NCBI RefSeq assembly: GCF_009914755.1
Contig: NC_060929.1
Strand: one strand, 5' to 3'
Source of the DNA: the human T2T-CHM13v2.0 reference genome, Homo sapiens
Length of the DNA stretch: 64,000 nucleotides
Under the pieces are notes generated by a model. The model was not told the DNA's origin. It did not search any database and saw only the letters and a list, made by a program, of their open reading frames with translations. Shown here piece by piece: positions 1-12,930 of the stretch (positions are counted from its first letter, which is position 1; each line of letters begins with the position of its first letter). The position numbers and the translations under genes are program-made.

Positions 1-19
1 TGAGCCACAGCGTCCAGCC
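1..19 (-). mobile_element. Alu 5' end cut by the window edge
   Basis: tgagccacagcgtccagcc is the reverse complement of the Alu 5' terminus. Confidence 0.75.
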
Positions 20-107
20 CCAACTCAGTTTTAAGAGGACATTCTACAGCTTTCGTTAGTATAGTATTTTGTACTTACGCAGTAGTATTGATATGGTAGT
101 ATTGATA

Positions 108-380
108 TGATATGGCCGCTTCCCCCATGCTGCTCTTGTGATAGTGAGTTACTTCTCAAGAAATATGATGGTTTTATAAGAAGCTCTTCCTCTTTTGCTC
201 CTCACTCTTCTCTCTCCTGCCGCCTTATGCAGGAGGTGCGTGCTTCGCCTTCTGCCACGATTGTAAGTTTCCCGAGGCCTCTGCAGCCATGCAGAACTGT
301 GAGTCAATTAAACCTCTTTCCTTTATAAATTGTCCAGTCTTGGTTATTTCTTTATAGCAGTGTGAAAATGGACTAACATA
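108..380 (+). mobile_element. ERVL-MaLR solo LTR (THE1/MSTA-like), internally deleted
   Basis: Starts tgatatgg; contains gattgtaagtttcccgaggcc and gaactgtgagtcaattaaacctcttt; ends gaaaatggactaa. Confidence 0.85.
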
Positions 381-409
381 AGTATGTTCCCTCTTAGAAA
401 GCTGAAAAC

Positions 410-530
410 TATCATTTCTATTTTTAAAATGAGGAAATTGAAGCTTAGAATAATTAAGAGACTTCCTGCACAAGACATGGCTAGAAGGTTCAGCTGCCAG
501 GACCAGAAGTCTGGGTCTTAGGCTTCTAAT
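410..530 (-). mobile_element. MIR fragment
   Basis: aaatgaggaaattgaagcttagaataattaag resembles the MIR core. Confidence 0.6.
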
Positions 531-543
531 TTAGGTGCTAAAG

Positions 544-955
544 CAATGGTTCTCCTGGGACTGAGGCATTGTGGGGTGCCTCAGTGGATGTCGGGGGACA
601 TCACTAAATATTGTAAATTTTCAAAGGAACTAAAGTAACATATTTTGGATGTACATGAACTACTAATGCTTTCAACCTTAGGTTTTTTAATGTTCTATTT
701 GGTTGCATTATATCTTTATGAAGCTGGGTTTTGTAATGATAAAAAGTGGGGAGCACATGAAAATCATTGAAAATCATTTAGGAATAGGAAACGAAGATAG
801 CAGTGTCCCATCAGATTCCAAAGTCTAAGAAGTTGTACTGTGTTCAGCACGCAGTGAGGATTTAAGTACTTATTTAACTACTTAATAAATTGTTTGGTTC
901 AGTGTGCTGTGAAAAAATTTCTGTGAGATTAAGAGCATTGTAAACTGAGAAAGCA
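544..955 (+). mobile_element. Degenerate hAT-Charlie DNA transposon fragment
   Basis: caatggttctc terminus, plus tctttatgaagctgggtttt...gcagtgtcccatcagattccaaagtctaagaagttgt resembling the 3' end of a Charlie transposase. Subfamily not resolved. Confidence 0.55.
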
Positions 956-1879
956 TGTCTTCTCTGGGGACATTACCCCGCTAGGATTAAAGTCCTAAAG
1001 AAATTGAAATTGCTGGATGGGAAGGCTGTACAGGAGGGAAGAACTAACAATTTATTGGATTGGTCTTGCAGAATTCTGGCCACCTTGTGGGCACCACCTT
1101 TTTTTGCTTTTTTATCTGAGAAGTAAACATTGGCTACAGTGGAAATAAAATGACACCTAGTTTAGCAATTTGAAAGCCAAGGTCATCTTTACAAAGAAAA
1201 AACTGTGGATATCCTCATACTGCTTTTAACCTGTCCTTCACATCAGGGAGTGCAAAATCTGATAGATATCTTGCTGGATTATCAAACTTCAAAAACCACT
1301 GCAAAACCAGTATGGCACATCATCCCTAACACCTGTCAGTGCTTGTTGTTACCTCAGTCTTTGTCATGTGCTCACTGAGAAGCTTAACCGTGGCAATAAG
1401 GTTTCCATTTCTTTAATTGTCATTCAGGGGTTAGGTTTTTTCTCCTTCCAAAATCTAATTCTTGAAATGATTTTTATATCTTGAACACTTCCTCCTCATT
1501 GCTGTACAGACCTCTAAAATGTGCCTTTTTATGAAAACTACACCTGACAATAAATTTACCAAGAAGCATAGACATTTTAAAAGATCAAAGAAAATAGGGA
1601 TTGAAATTTGTAAGTGATGTTATCTTAAACAAAAATGGGTGAAACTGATATCCTGTGACATTATGGAGTGCTACGATACTTTTTACTCTAGGAACTAGAG
1701 AAATAAAAGTCAAAAGATGAGGGACAGAAATCTGAAAGAAATCAGTTTCAATATTCTTTAAACAGTTGCCTTATTGTGAGTTAGGATGGAACTAGAGTCA
1801 GTATAATTTCAACAAAAAAACCTCTCACTTTAAGTTTATAAATATGTACATTACAGGTGCTGTAACTTCTTAATGTGCA

Positions 1880-2210
1880 AAAGTTCTCAGTCCTGAATAT
1901 GAATCAAATCACTTCTGGAAATTAAAAAAATACACACATGCCAGGGACCTATACCAGACTTAACTGAATCCTAGGGGTTAGGACTTTTGAATCTATGTGT
2001 AAAACACAATTGATAGACAGTCATTGAAATCAGGAGATTATTGAATTAGATGTTGTCTGGCTTAGAACTTTAGACCAGCAGCATTGGTATTGCTTGGGGG
2101 CTTGTTAGAAAGGCAGAATTTCAGGAACTTCCCTAGACCTACTGCCCTAGAATCTGCAGTTCAACGAGATTCCCAGGGATTAGTGTGAAAGTTCTAGGAG
2201 CACTGAACTA
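1880..2210. mobile_element. Two MER5-type (hAT MITE) fragments
   Basis: gttctcagtcctgaatatgaatcaaatcac... and agaccagcagcattggtattgcttgggggcttgttagaaaggcagaatttcagg...agacctact. Confidence 0.6.
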
Positions 2211-3306
2211 GGAGAGACAAACACGAAACTGGGATTCTGGGCATTTGTATGCCATTGCTCTGTCACTTCTACAAGTCGTATATCCTTTGTGAGTCTATTT
2301 CTACAACTAAACTAACAGACATAATTATACCTTTCCAACTGACTCCAAGACTGTTCTAAGGATATAAAATGGAATATGGAAAATATGTGGAAGTACTTAA
2401 AAAGATTTAAACTGCACTGTTTATGTAAACTGTTACTCTAATGTGGGCAATAGAACCACAAATGTAGAGCTACTTTGCTCTTCAATTTATTCCACCTCTA
2501 TATTTTGAGCCACATCCTTGATTGCTACATAGTTTGCCACCCCCCCACCCCCAACACACACACACTTATTTAGCCTCCCACTACAAGCGCCCAAGGTAGC
2601 ATTACATTACTGTTTTCTCATTACTTTCAAGTCATAAGGAAGTAAGAATACAAGCAAAAGGATAGCTCAATTACTATCTGGAATATGCTATATACATTAA
2701 TGTAACTCTGTATTTGGAACTTTGGGAATGAAGGATTTTAGTAAAGCCACTTTGTCATTATGAATCCCATAGTTTCTCTCTTTGTGGTGAATTAAAGTTT
2801 GACACATGTTTTCTTGATTAATGGATGATCTTGTCATGAGTTTCTTTGTGACAGTAAGGTGAATTTGGTACTGGAACTCTGTCATTCATTTCTTGGGAAA
2901 TAAAAACTGGAAGAACGTAATCATTAGAGCTTGCCTGGGCCCTGTTCTCCCATCTTCTTTGCTCCATTTCGACCACCTGATGCTATTTGGGGGTTCCTGG
3001 CTTTTTGAGCCACCCTTTACCCCCAGGCCCTTCCTTTCCTACCAACCTCCTTCTACCAGACCCCCATCCTAACTGGTGGCCTAGAGCTTCCTCAGTACAA
3101 GCTTGGATTCACCTCTAATTCCACTCTTCACTTTAGATGGCTAAGCCAGCTATAACCCCAAGGTTCTGTTCTGCCTCTGCTATTTTGAAAGTATTTTTCT
3201 GCATGCATTTGGCGTTCTGTAATATCTCTCAGTATTCTGTTGTGCTGGAGGCAAATTCTAATAAAGTTTAAAAAAAAAACTTTTGCCTCTTCTCCCACAT
3301 ACCGCC

Positions 3307-3338
<32 letters not shown>

Positions 3339-3750
3339 GCATTTCTTCCACCTGATATTGTGGGAGAAATGCAAAAAAAAAAAATGAATAATACATTCAT
3401 TGCTCCACATGACCCTAGCTTTTCCATGCTAAAGTCTTTTCTTTGAATTCTACTGGGCTCAGTTACCATCTTTTGTGCTCAGATTCATTGTATTTCCCTT
3501 CAATCTGATGTCTGTCTCTAATTTAAAGCTGTGTATTCCTCAGCCATCTGTTGCTAAGGGCAGACCTTAGGATAATAAAGTATTTGACTTCACTGTTCAC
3601 ATGTTTCTTACTCTCATTTCCTGGATGGTGGGGGGCACTATTTAATTCTGTCAAGAGACATTGTCATTCTGGAGGTATAATATCTTAGAGTGCAACTAGA
3701 AAGTCAGCCCTGAGGAAACAAAACCAACCCAGGCTCCACATTTCCTCTGA

Positions 3751-4131
<381 letters not shown>

Positions 4132-4372
4132 CAGAGGTTTTATTTTTATATGAGTAAATTCAGACAATGTATCACACGTCTTACTATTTAGCTACATAGC
4201 CACAGGCTAACAGCAACTAGCAATCAGATTAGAATTCAAATGATAACAACTTATTATTTGTATCATTTGAATTTAATTTGTTTGCAAATTTCATGAGATC
4301 GCTCCTACACATTATTCTGTTTTTCTTAGTGTTTAGAGAGAGTACGAAATCCAATCAGTAATCATGAGGTAT

Positions 4373-4420
4373 CCATTACTTTCAATGTCAAAAATCACAA
4401 TTACTTTTGCATTAAACTAA
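4373..4420. mobile_element. MADE1 (mariner MITE) half copy
   Basis: ccattactttcaatgtcaaaaatcacaattacttttgcattaaactaata matches the MADE1 centre and one terminal inverted repeat (TIR). Confidence 0.75.
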
Positions 4421-4789
4421 TATTATTGAAAGATTTAAGAGAAATATTAAAATAAATGAATCAAAGGAAGGTGGATGTCCTAGGATCTCACATCAATTTG
4501 GTCACTTGCATTTGGGTTTCATTTTAAAGTATGAGTAGTTTTTGACAGAAACTCTGTGCAGTATTCCCAGAAATATTTCAGTACTAAGACATGTGTCAAC
4601 TATTCATGCTCTGAAATTCTTACTGTCAATTACCTTGAAGTCTGTTGTTTGCGATTATCTTTTTGTCACTGGGTTTTTTCCTCCCCCTGCCAGACTAGAT
4701 TGTTTTAGCTCATTTCAAGGATCTCTGTTATCTGATAGTCACACCATGGTAGAGTTTCCTCTCATGTTGCATAGGGATCATTTGTGTAA

Positions 4790-5217
4790 GCTATAGGATA
4801 TTGTGGAAGTAATGGAATGTAACTTCTGAAACTAGGTGATACAAGACATTGTGGCTTCCTTTTGCTTTTTTGGCTTACTGGATTTTGGGAAAGCCAGCTG
4901 ACATTTCGTGAGGAAAACCAGGAAGCCCTGTGGAAAAGCCTGTGTGGCTTCCTGCCAGTGAGGAACTCAGGCTTCTTGAGAATAGATGTGAGAATAAGCT
5001 ATTCTGGAAGCAAATCCCCCAACTCCAGCCAAACCCTCTGATGACTGCAGCCCTGGCTGACATCTTAAATGTCATCCCATGAAAGAACCTGAGTCAGAAC
5101 TTTTCAGCAAAACCATTCCTGAATTTCTGACCCACAGAAATTATAACACAATAATTGTTGTTTTAAGCAGCCAGGCTTTGGAATAATTTATCATATAGCA
5201 GTAGGTAACTAATGCAT
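4790..5217 (+). mobile_element. MLT1 (ERVL-MaLR) LTR
   Basis: gatgactgcagccctggctgacatc...tgttgttttaagc...gcagtaggtaactaatgca, a typical MLT1E/F 3' end. Confidence 0.75.
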
Positions 5218-8071
5218 AGACTCAGTATCATCAATATGAACATCTCTGAACTGAATGATAGTAGACAAATACAAGCCCCATATTAAACTGCTAAAGAAAT
5301 TAGGATTACCCATGTCTAGTTGATTTATATTTTTGTATGTCTTAAAATTACTATCCATTAATTTTATGGTTAAATACAATTTAAGTTAAAAGTAAAAAAT
5401 AGTATAAAATCAAATAAAGAAGGAATTATAAAATCATAAATAGAGAGATTATTAGAAGACTTTAAATAATTATAGAAATAATTATTCTATCTCTAAATAA
5501 CTGCAGAAATTAGCAATCTCTATTCAGATTGTCAATTTTTGAGATATATTAAAGAAAGTAGGATAACATAACTAAGTGCTATTTACCAATACTTTCCAGT
5601 TCTGTGTAAAGTTAACTGAACATATAAAACATATTTTCTCCTGCTATTGACTTTTTATTGTCCTGTGCCTGTAGTAAATGTAAAGCTGCTATGCTTAAGG
5701 GTATAATTTTGTGCAGGAAACCACAATATGGTCTGGAAATAATTGCCACAAAGACCAAGATGAAAAGATAAAGTTAACAAAAATCATTTGACATGCCTAT
5801 CAAATCTGTTCTCTGAAAGAAACATTTCAATTATTTAATGATGAAATCAATATTAGAGGAAATGCTATAGATTTCATTTTGTCCTATAGCCAAGCAACAA
5901 TTATACCTCTATATCTGTTCTTACTTTAGGCAGAACAAATTAAAATAGACTCTTAAATCTTTCTTTGAGTCAAGCTATAGAAAATTTATAAATTTTTAGT
6001 TTTTCTTGGCTTTACATATTTCTATTATTTCCATCTCCCCATTCACAAAATCAATCACTCCAGATATTCTCATTCCATTTTTCTTTATGACGTTATAAAA
6101 AGTAAAACAAATTTGGGCCAAAGAGTGTACTATTATTATGGGAAGATGCTGACGGTCCCCTGGGGTGCCACACAGAAACCCTGGAGGAGGTCTTGGCATG
6201 CTTTTCCTGATCCCAGCTCTCTCTAAATTGAGGCCCATGGGGTGTTCAGAGGCAGCATGCCTAGCCCAAGAGTTCCTGTATCTTTTTGCACTTTATTTGG
6301 AATGCTTAGGTTACTGTAAGGCTTTCTTCAATGTACCTGAAAGGGGTCTATAGTTTTCCATTTTAACTCATCTGTGCAAGAGATCTTTGAGGAAATATGC
6401 CAAGTCCTTTGTTTCATCTGCATCTTTACAAAAGGGTCTCCCTGAGCCAAAGTAGGGGAATGTTCTCTGTCCACATCCACACTGTTGCAAAGAGTTTGCT
6501 CCTCATATCCTACAAGCCCTGCCTTGGGATAGTTCACTAGAGCACCATCAACATTTACTTGGAGGATTTAATGGAGAGATCCCAAAAAAGTAAGACCCAA
6601 AGATGGTTCTGGTGGTTAATTCTTTGTCAGGAACCCCTCCTGAATATAGAAAAACATATGAATGTGAAAGAAATGGGGATAAAAAGTCTGATTTCACAAT
6701 AAAAACGAGGTATCATTCTTTCCTCAAATATTTATTGGGCATATTACTGACAGACAGCTCATGTCATATGCAGAGAAGAAATTTTAAGACTTGTTTTAAG
6801 TAGAACCTTAAACCCTTTAACTAATACAGACATAGATTTGCCAATAAGAATGCAGAATATTAAGGCATCTTTTGTTTGTTTTTTTCAGAGGAGCCCTCAG
6901 CTTTTGTTGTGAAATTGTTACTAGAAAGATAACATGCTATCAACAGATAAAGTCAATGATAGGGCTCCAAATTATTAAAAAGTGTTAATCCCCAGCTCTC
7001 TATTCAATATATTAATCTACATAGGTTCAACATATGAATCCATCATTATTTGAATAGGACTTCCATTAAGTGATGACTTGGTCAACATCTTGACAATTCA
7101 CTTTTCTTGTTATGATTTTGTGCACAAAAAATTGTTGCTGAATAGAGAAACAATGAACAGTAACTTCAGCTGGTAGAAATCCAAAGCCCTGTTTTCCACA
7201 GACACATAAAATTAGTTGAGGGTAGCCAATATTCTAACCTGTACAGCAGTCTGGATGTGCTCTGTGGGCTTCTGTTACTACATCCCGTCTGCAAACCAGG
7301 TGCACAAAACCTTGCAAGGAAGTGAAGTCTGGTTAGTGGTAATTAATGGAGTTGTTTGGTGAATAAAGTCAAAGTAGTAGCAATATATTATTCTGAAGAG
7401 TGTAAGAAAAGTTATCCTGAAGCTAAAACAAGACCTTGCAAATGAAAGCTTCCAATCTCAGTCAACAAGGATATTCTTACACTCAATTAAAATTCAATGT
7501 CTAATTATCAACCCCTGCTTAAAGAAGAGGGGAGGGAAAAAGATTTTTATGGGGTGGATAAAATGTTCCCTATAAAGCAAATAAGGCAAAGCTACTTGTG
7601 CTGATGAACTGTGAAAATAATGGCCCACTAAACAACTTACTGTGCTTAAGGGCTAAAATTAAGGTTATGTCTCATTTCCGCTCTCCAACCGTATGTCCTC
7701 TAGATAAGCCTGGCTCATGATTGGTGCCGGAATCTACACTTTATGTTCTCCTATATTTGAAATTATTTTCTGTAAATTGAATCATAATTTGAATCTTGTT
7801 TAAAGATTAAGATGTTAGTGCTTGTTAAGAAAAAATGGAAAGAAGTATTAGAAGGCATTGGTTACAGATAAATTAATTATTTATGCTGAATAATTATTAA
7901 TAAATAATTTTTCTTTCATAAAATGGAAATGTGTTAAAAAGTAATGAGAGTTTTTGGAGGGTTTATGGATTATATATTCATATAATAACTCTAAGCCTCT
8001 TTATAATAATCATGTCAAGGACAGTTGAAGGATAATGATTCTATGGCTACATTTGGATTGAGATTCAAACA

Positions 8072-8295
8072 ACTGTAGTCAACAATAACTTAATTGGACA
8101 TTTAAAAATAACTAAAAGAATGTAATTAGATTGTTTATAACACAAAGGATAAATGCTTGAGGGGATGGATACGCCATTCTCCATGATGTGATAATTTCGT
8201 ATTGCTTGCCTGTATCAAAATATTTCATGTACCCCATAAATATATATACCTACTATGTACCTACAGAAACTAAAAATTAAAAAAATTTAAAAACA
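8072..8295 (+). mobile_element. L1MA 3' end fragment
   Basis: acacaaaggataaatgcttgaggggatggatac...catgtaccccataaatatatatacctactatgtac followed by an A-rich tail. Confidence 0.85.
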
Positions 8296-9639
8296 AATTC
8301 CTAAACAGGAAGTGAAACAAAAACAAAAAAATACAAGAATAAAAAGAAGAAAAAACCTCCAACTTTCTTACAAATTGGAAAACTGTCACTCTTATATATT
8401 AAATATTTAGACAAATTTCCTGCTGTTTTGGATAGGAATCACTTTCTCAGTTAACAAGTGCGTATCAGTACATACTAGATCTTTAACACTGGCCCAGACT
8501 GAGATACTATGATTTGTAACAGAAATATCTGGGCAGTTTGTAAATGCAGATGGCTGGGCTAAGGCACCAGAACCTGTTATTAGCCCAATTTGAGCCTATT
8601 ATTCTGGGGGAGTTATAAGGAAGTGAAACACCTAAGTGAGACACTTTAGTCTTTCCATAGGGTGTAGAGTCGGATAGGAGAAATTACTGTATAATTTAGA
8701 AGGCTAGATCTTTACACAGATACAACAGCGGGTAATTGACAATTTGTAATTCACCTTTGACTATAAATGGTACCTCCTAATTTTTCCCCATTGGAACAGT
8801 AAACTGATGATTAAAATTTATTCAGTCAGTAAGAGGTGATATATTACTTGCCTAGACCAGTGATGCTTGATATTTTCTTGATGTTAGTCCCCTTTCGAAT
8901 CTGATGCAGATTTGAAACTTTTACAAAAAAAACCTTTTAATTATTGTATTTTTTAATCAAAAAGAAAAAATTAAGAATCAACTACATACATTCAAATTAT
9001 GGCACATATACTGTATATATATACATGTATATGTATATTGTGTGTGTAAGTGTATTATATATATAACAAAAGTAGTAAAAACTTCTACTTTTAAACAAAG
9101 AAGAAGACCAGTTATTTGGTTTCACTGATGGGTGAATTTACATTTATTCAAAAATGTAAATGAAAATTTCCATGGGAAGTGTTTAGAACACAAACAGAAA
9201 TGGAATAAGATGAATACTGGAAGACATAAACAATTACAGAGAAAAGAAAAAGAGAAGTCCATGAAGTAGAATAACAAGCAATAGCCAGAGAGAAAGAAAA
9301 GATACCAGAGAGTATTATGACAGTGATGGGAGAGTTTATCATCAAGGACTAGCTGAGCATTAGCAGAAAGTGTTATTAAAGTCAGTTAAGATAAAGAGGT
9401 CAACCATGAGGTTGTCTGAGAAGTAAAGTTTCTAGGACTTGAGGACGTCAAAGATCTATATGAATAGAGCTTAAGTTGTTTTTATGGATTTTGAAGTCCT
9501 CTGACATAATAGCAGGGCTTGATGTGAAAATGGTGACTGATCTAGGACTTCTTCATCCCATGTGAGTTAGATTCTGGGAAGTGGTGAAAGATAGCAATAA
9601 GTAAAAAGGCAGATTCATCCTGACATGCAGGTTCAAGCC

Positions 9640-9970
9640 AAAATTGATGACAGACACCAAACAACAGATCAAGGAAGCTCACAGAACACCAAGAAGGATA
9701 AATACCAAAAAATCTACATGTAAGTATATTCTATTCAAACTGCAGAAAACCAAAGACAAAGAGAATGTCTTGAAAGAAGCCAGAGGGAATAAAACACCTT
9801 ACCTATAAGTAACAGGATAAAAATTATGCAAACTTCTCTATAGAAAGCATGCCAGCAAGAAGACCGTAGAATCAAATATATAAAGTGTTGAAAGAAAAAC
9901 TCATTAACCTAGAATTCTATATCCCATGAAATGATCTTTCAGTAGTGAAGGAGAAATAAAAATTTCTTAG
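9640..9970 (+). mobile_element. Old L1M ORF1 fragment
   Basis: acagatcaaggaagctcacagaacaccaag...aacctagaattctatatcc...gtgaaggagaaataaa, the L1 ORF1 C-terminal region. Confidence 0.8.
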
Positions 9971-11599
9971 GCATTTCAAATTGACAGCAGAGTTTGAGAA
10001 CCACTGGTTTAGGGAAAGGTGGCTTATATTGCAAGAATGTATGCAATTATTCTCATAAGTAACTTTGGTCAGAAAATTTTAACTTAAATTTGTCCATAGC
10101 TCTTCCTCTTCCACTGACCACTAAAAAGAATTTTGGCTTTGTGAGCTGTTTCTCTCCCTCTTAGTTTTTTGGAGTATCTTACCTAACACAAAAATCAATA
10201 AAAGATTGGGTAGAGAAAAAGATTAACCCTGACTTAGAAAAACATTTTATTTTTTCTCTTGTATGTGTGTATTTTGAGAGATAGCAACATAATAGCAATA
10301 TATGAACTAAATGAGGAAAACTTACAAGCTAGAAAGGGAGTTTTCAAATAAGTGTTGTAGAGTTTATTTCTTTAATGGTGTTTGAATGATATAAGTACAT
10401 AGGTTGTGTTACCTTTTACTTATTGCTCTGTGTTCTGTCTCTGGTGTAACACTGGATGAGTGGGTTATGAGTTGAATAAGTTTATCGTAAAGATATATTC
10501 CACAAGTATCTGATAAGGTTTTCCCTAAGCTTGTTGAAATCACCATATGTGTATTAAGATTTCCATTACCATATAGTTGATAGGGATAGAAATTTTGTTT
10601 TGAGTGTGAATTGCCACATGTTCAGGGAGGCTTCTACTTGTTTTGGCAAGACATGGCACAAACATCTCACGGGAAAGGCTGTCTCATACCACTTGATATA
10701 TGATTTGCAGCATATTCATTACTAGGATAATTTGACCACAGAGATATCAATAGGTTACTTATTTTCAGAAAAATTGGACAATTAAAAAAATTATTTCACA
10801 AAAGGGAATATATTATTGTCATTTTAATGAAATTCAGTTGTTGCACAAGTTTGTCTGAAAACTAAAAATGTGCCTTGAGCTTCCTGGGGTCAAAAATAAA
10901 ATAATGTTAGATATTAATCAAGCGTTATTTCTTCCCCTTACCTTCTATCCATTTTTCTTTGATTTTATTTTCTCCAAGTGAGGATATAGCAGATAGATTC
11001 TAGGATTATGAAAGGCATTGGACTTATGTACCTTAAGAGTTTGAAACTGTTTTTTGTTTGTTTGTTTGTTTGTTTTGTCTGTTTGTTTGTTTTGCTGCTT
11101 CTTTTGGGAGATGAGTTGGGGAGATGAAAAGACTGAATTCATGCTCTGTTATAAAACTTTCACTTTGACTGTTACTTTTTAACTAAAACAAGCCATGAAC
11201 AGGCTACTAACCTAGAGATAGGCCAAGCGATTTGGATCTCTTAGCAGGAGTGGTGCAGGTCTAGAGTAAACACTACTGTGTTCATTGATCTCTTAATACA
11301 GATGGAACTTCTTTATCCCAGCAATCAAAGACTCCATCCAGTGTAAAGGGTTGGAGGAAACTGGGAAATTTGGGCATTTGCTTATTCCTTCTGCATAGAA
11401 TTAAATTATGTATTATGACAACAACTAAGCATATTAAAAGGACACACACAGATACATAATATAAACACACATATATAAACCATATATATACATATATAAC
11501 CTTATTTAATTAAAAAAACCTGCTAAATTGTATAATACATCTGGGTCAATGGATATACCTGCCAAACAGGTAAGTTACATTGTATAATAATAAAATGCT

Positions 11600-12160
11600 T
11601 AGGTATGAAACCCAAGTCTCTGAAGCCTCATGTGCTCCTCTTTCATCCTAATACCTTGCTCTCCCTACATCCACTATCCTTAATGTTGTTTATCATTAGC
11701 TTGCTATTAAAAATAGTTTTTCTACTATGTATTAATTCTTAAACAATCGAGCTTTATAAAAATGCTGTCATGTTATATATAGCTTTCTGGGTCTTGTTTA
11801 TTTTACCAGTATGTGTTATATGTATCTGTAACTTATCCATGTTTTTGCATTTCCTGTTGATGCTGAAGAACATTTCAGTTTCCATTGTTTTGCAGTTATA
11901 AATAATGTTGCTGCTCTGAATACTTTTATACATGTTTTCTGTTGTACATTTCTTCTGGTGCACATATGTTAAAATTTCTCTGGGAGTTTAATTGCTGTGT
12001 TTTAAGGCATAAACATGTTTAACTTTATAAGATAGTGCCTAATTATTTTTAAAATGGTTACAAAAATTCACTTTCCCAAAAATAATGTATATGGGTTCCT
12101 GTTGATAGATATTACCCTCTAATATTAGCACTATCAAACTTCTTAATTTTTGCTAAAGTA
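11600..12160 (-). mobile_element. L1ME-like 3' region
   Basis: Degenerate L1 3' motifs such as tttgcagttataaataatgttgctgctctgaatactttt. Confidence 0.6.
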
Positions 12161-12169
12161 GTTGGAAAA

Positions 12170-12930
12170 CACACATTCTTCAGAATGTAGAAGAGAGGGA
12201 AACACTGCTTGATTCATTTTATGAAGTCAGAATTATTCTTTTGATGAAACCAAAGACATTACAAGAAAGGAAAACAATAAGCTGATATTTGTCATGAATA
12301 CAAGTGTGGAAGTCCTCAACAAAATGTCATCAAATTAAATTCAGCAACATTTAAATATATTATGATGCCAAAATTGAGTGGATTTACTCCAAGAAGGAAA
12401 GGCTGGTTCCACATTCAAAATCAATTTGGTCATTCAGAAAGCCAATAAACAAGAAAAGCCAAATGATTGTATTTATACGGAAGAAGCATTTGACAAAATT
12501 CAAAAACCACTCATGATTAAAACAGCTGACAAACTAGCAATAAAAGAGAATTTTCTCAACCCAATAAAAGGATCTGCAAAAAAAGACACTAACATAATAC
12601 TTAAGTTATGTGAAAGACTCAATTCTTTCCATTTAAGATTTGGAAAGAGAAAAATGCACTTTCTCACAACCACTCCTATTTAACATCATACTGGGGATCC
12701 TAACCAATGCAATAAGGCAAGTAAATTAATAGCTATATAAATAAATGCTATAAATATTGGAGAGAAAGGAATAAAACTCTGTTCAATGATGACATTTCTC
12801 ATTGTCTCTGAGGTATCTACAAAAAAGATAAGAATTAAAAAGTGAGTTTAGCAAGATCACAGAATACAAGGTCAAAATATAAAAATTAATCATATTGGTA
12901 TATACTACTTAAGAATAATTTAAAATTGAA
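12170..12930 (+). mobile_element. L1M ORF2 (reverse transcriptase) fragment
   Basis: ORF 12378-12683 contains EEAFDKIQKPLMIK, resembling L1 RT AEKAFDKIQHPFMIK; frameshifted and degenerate. Confidence 0.8.
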
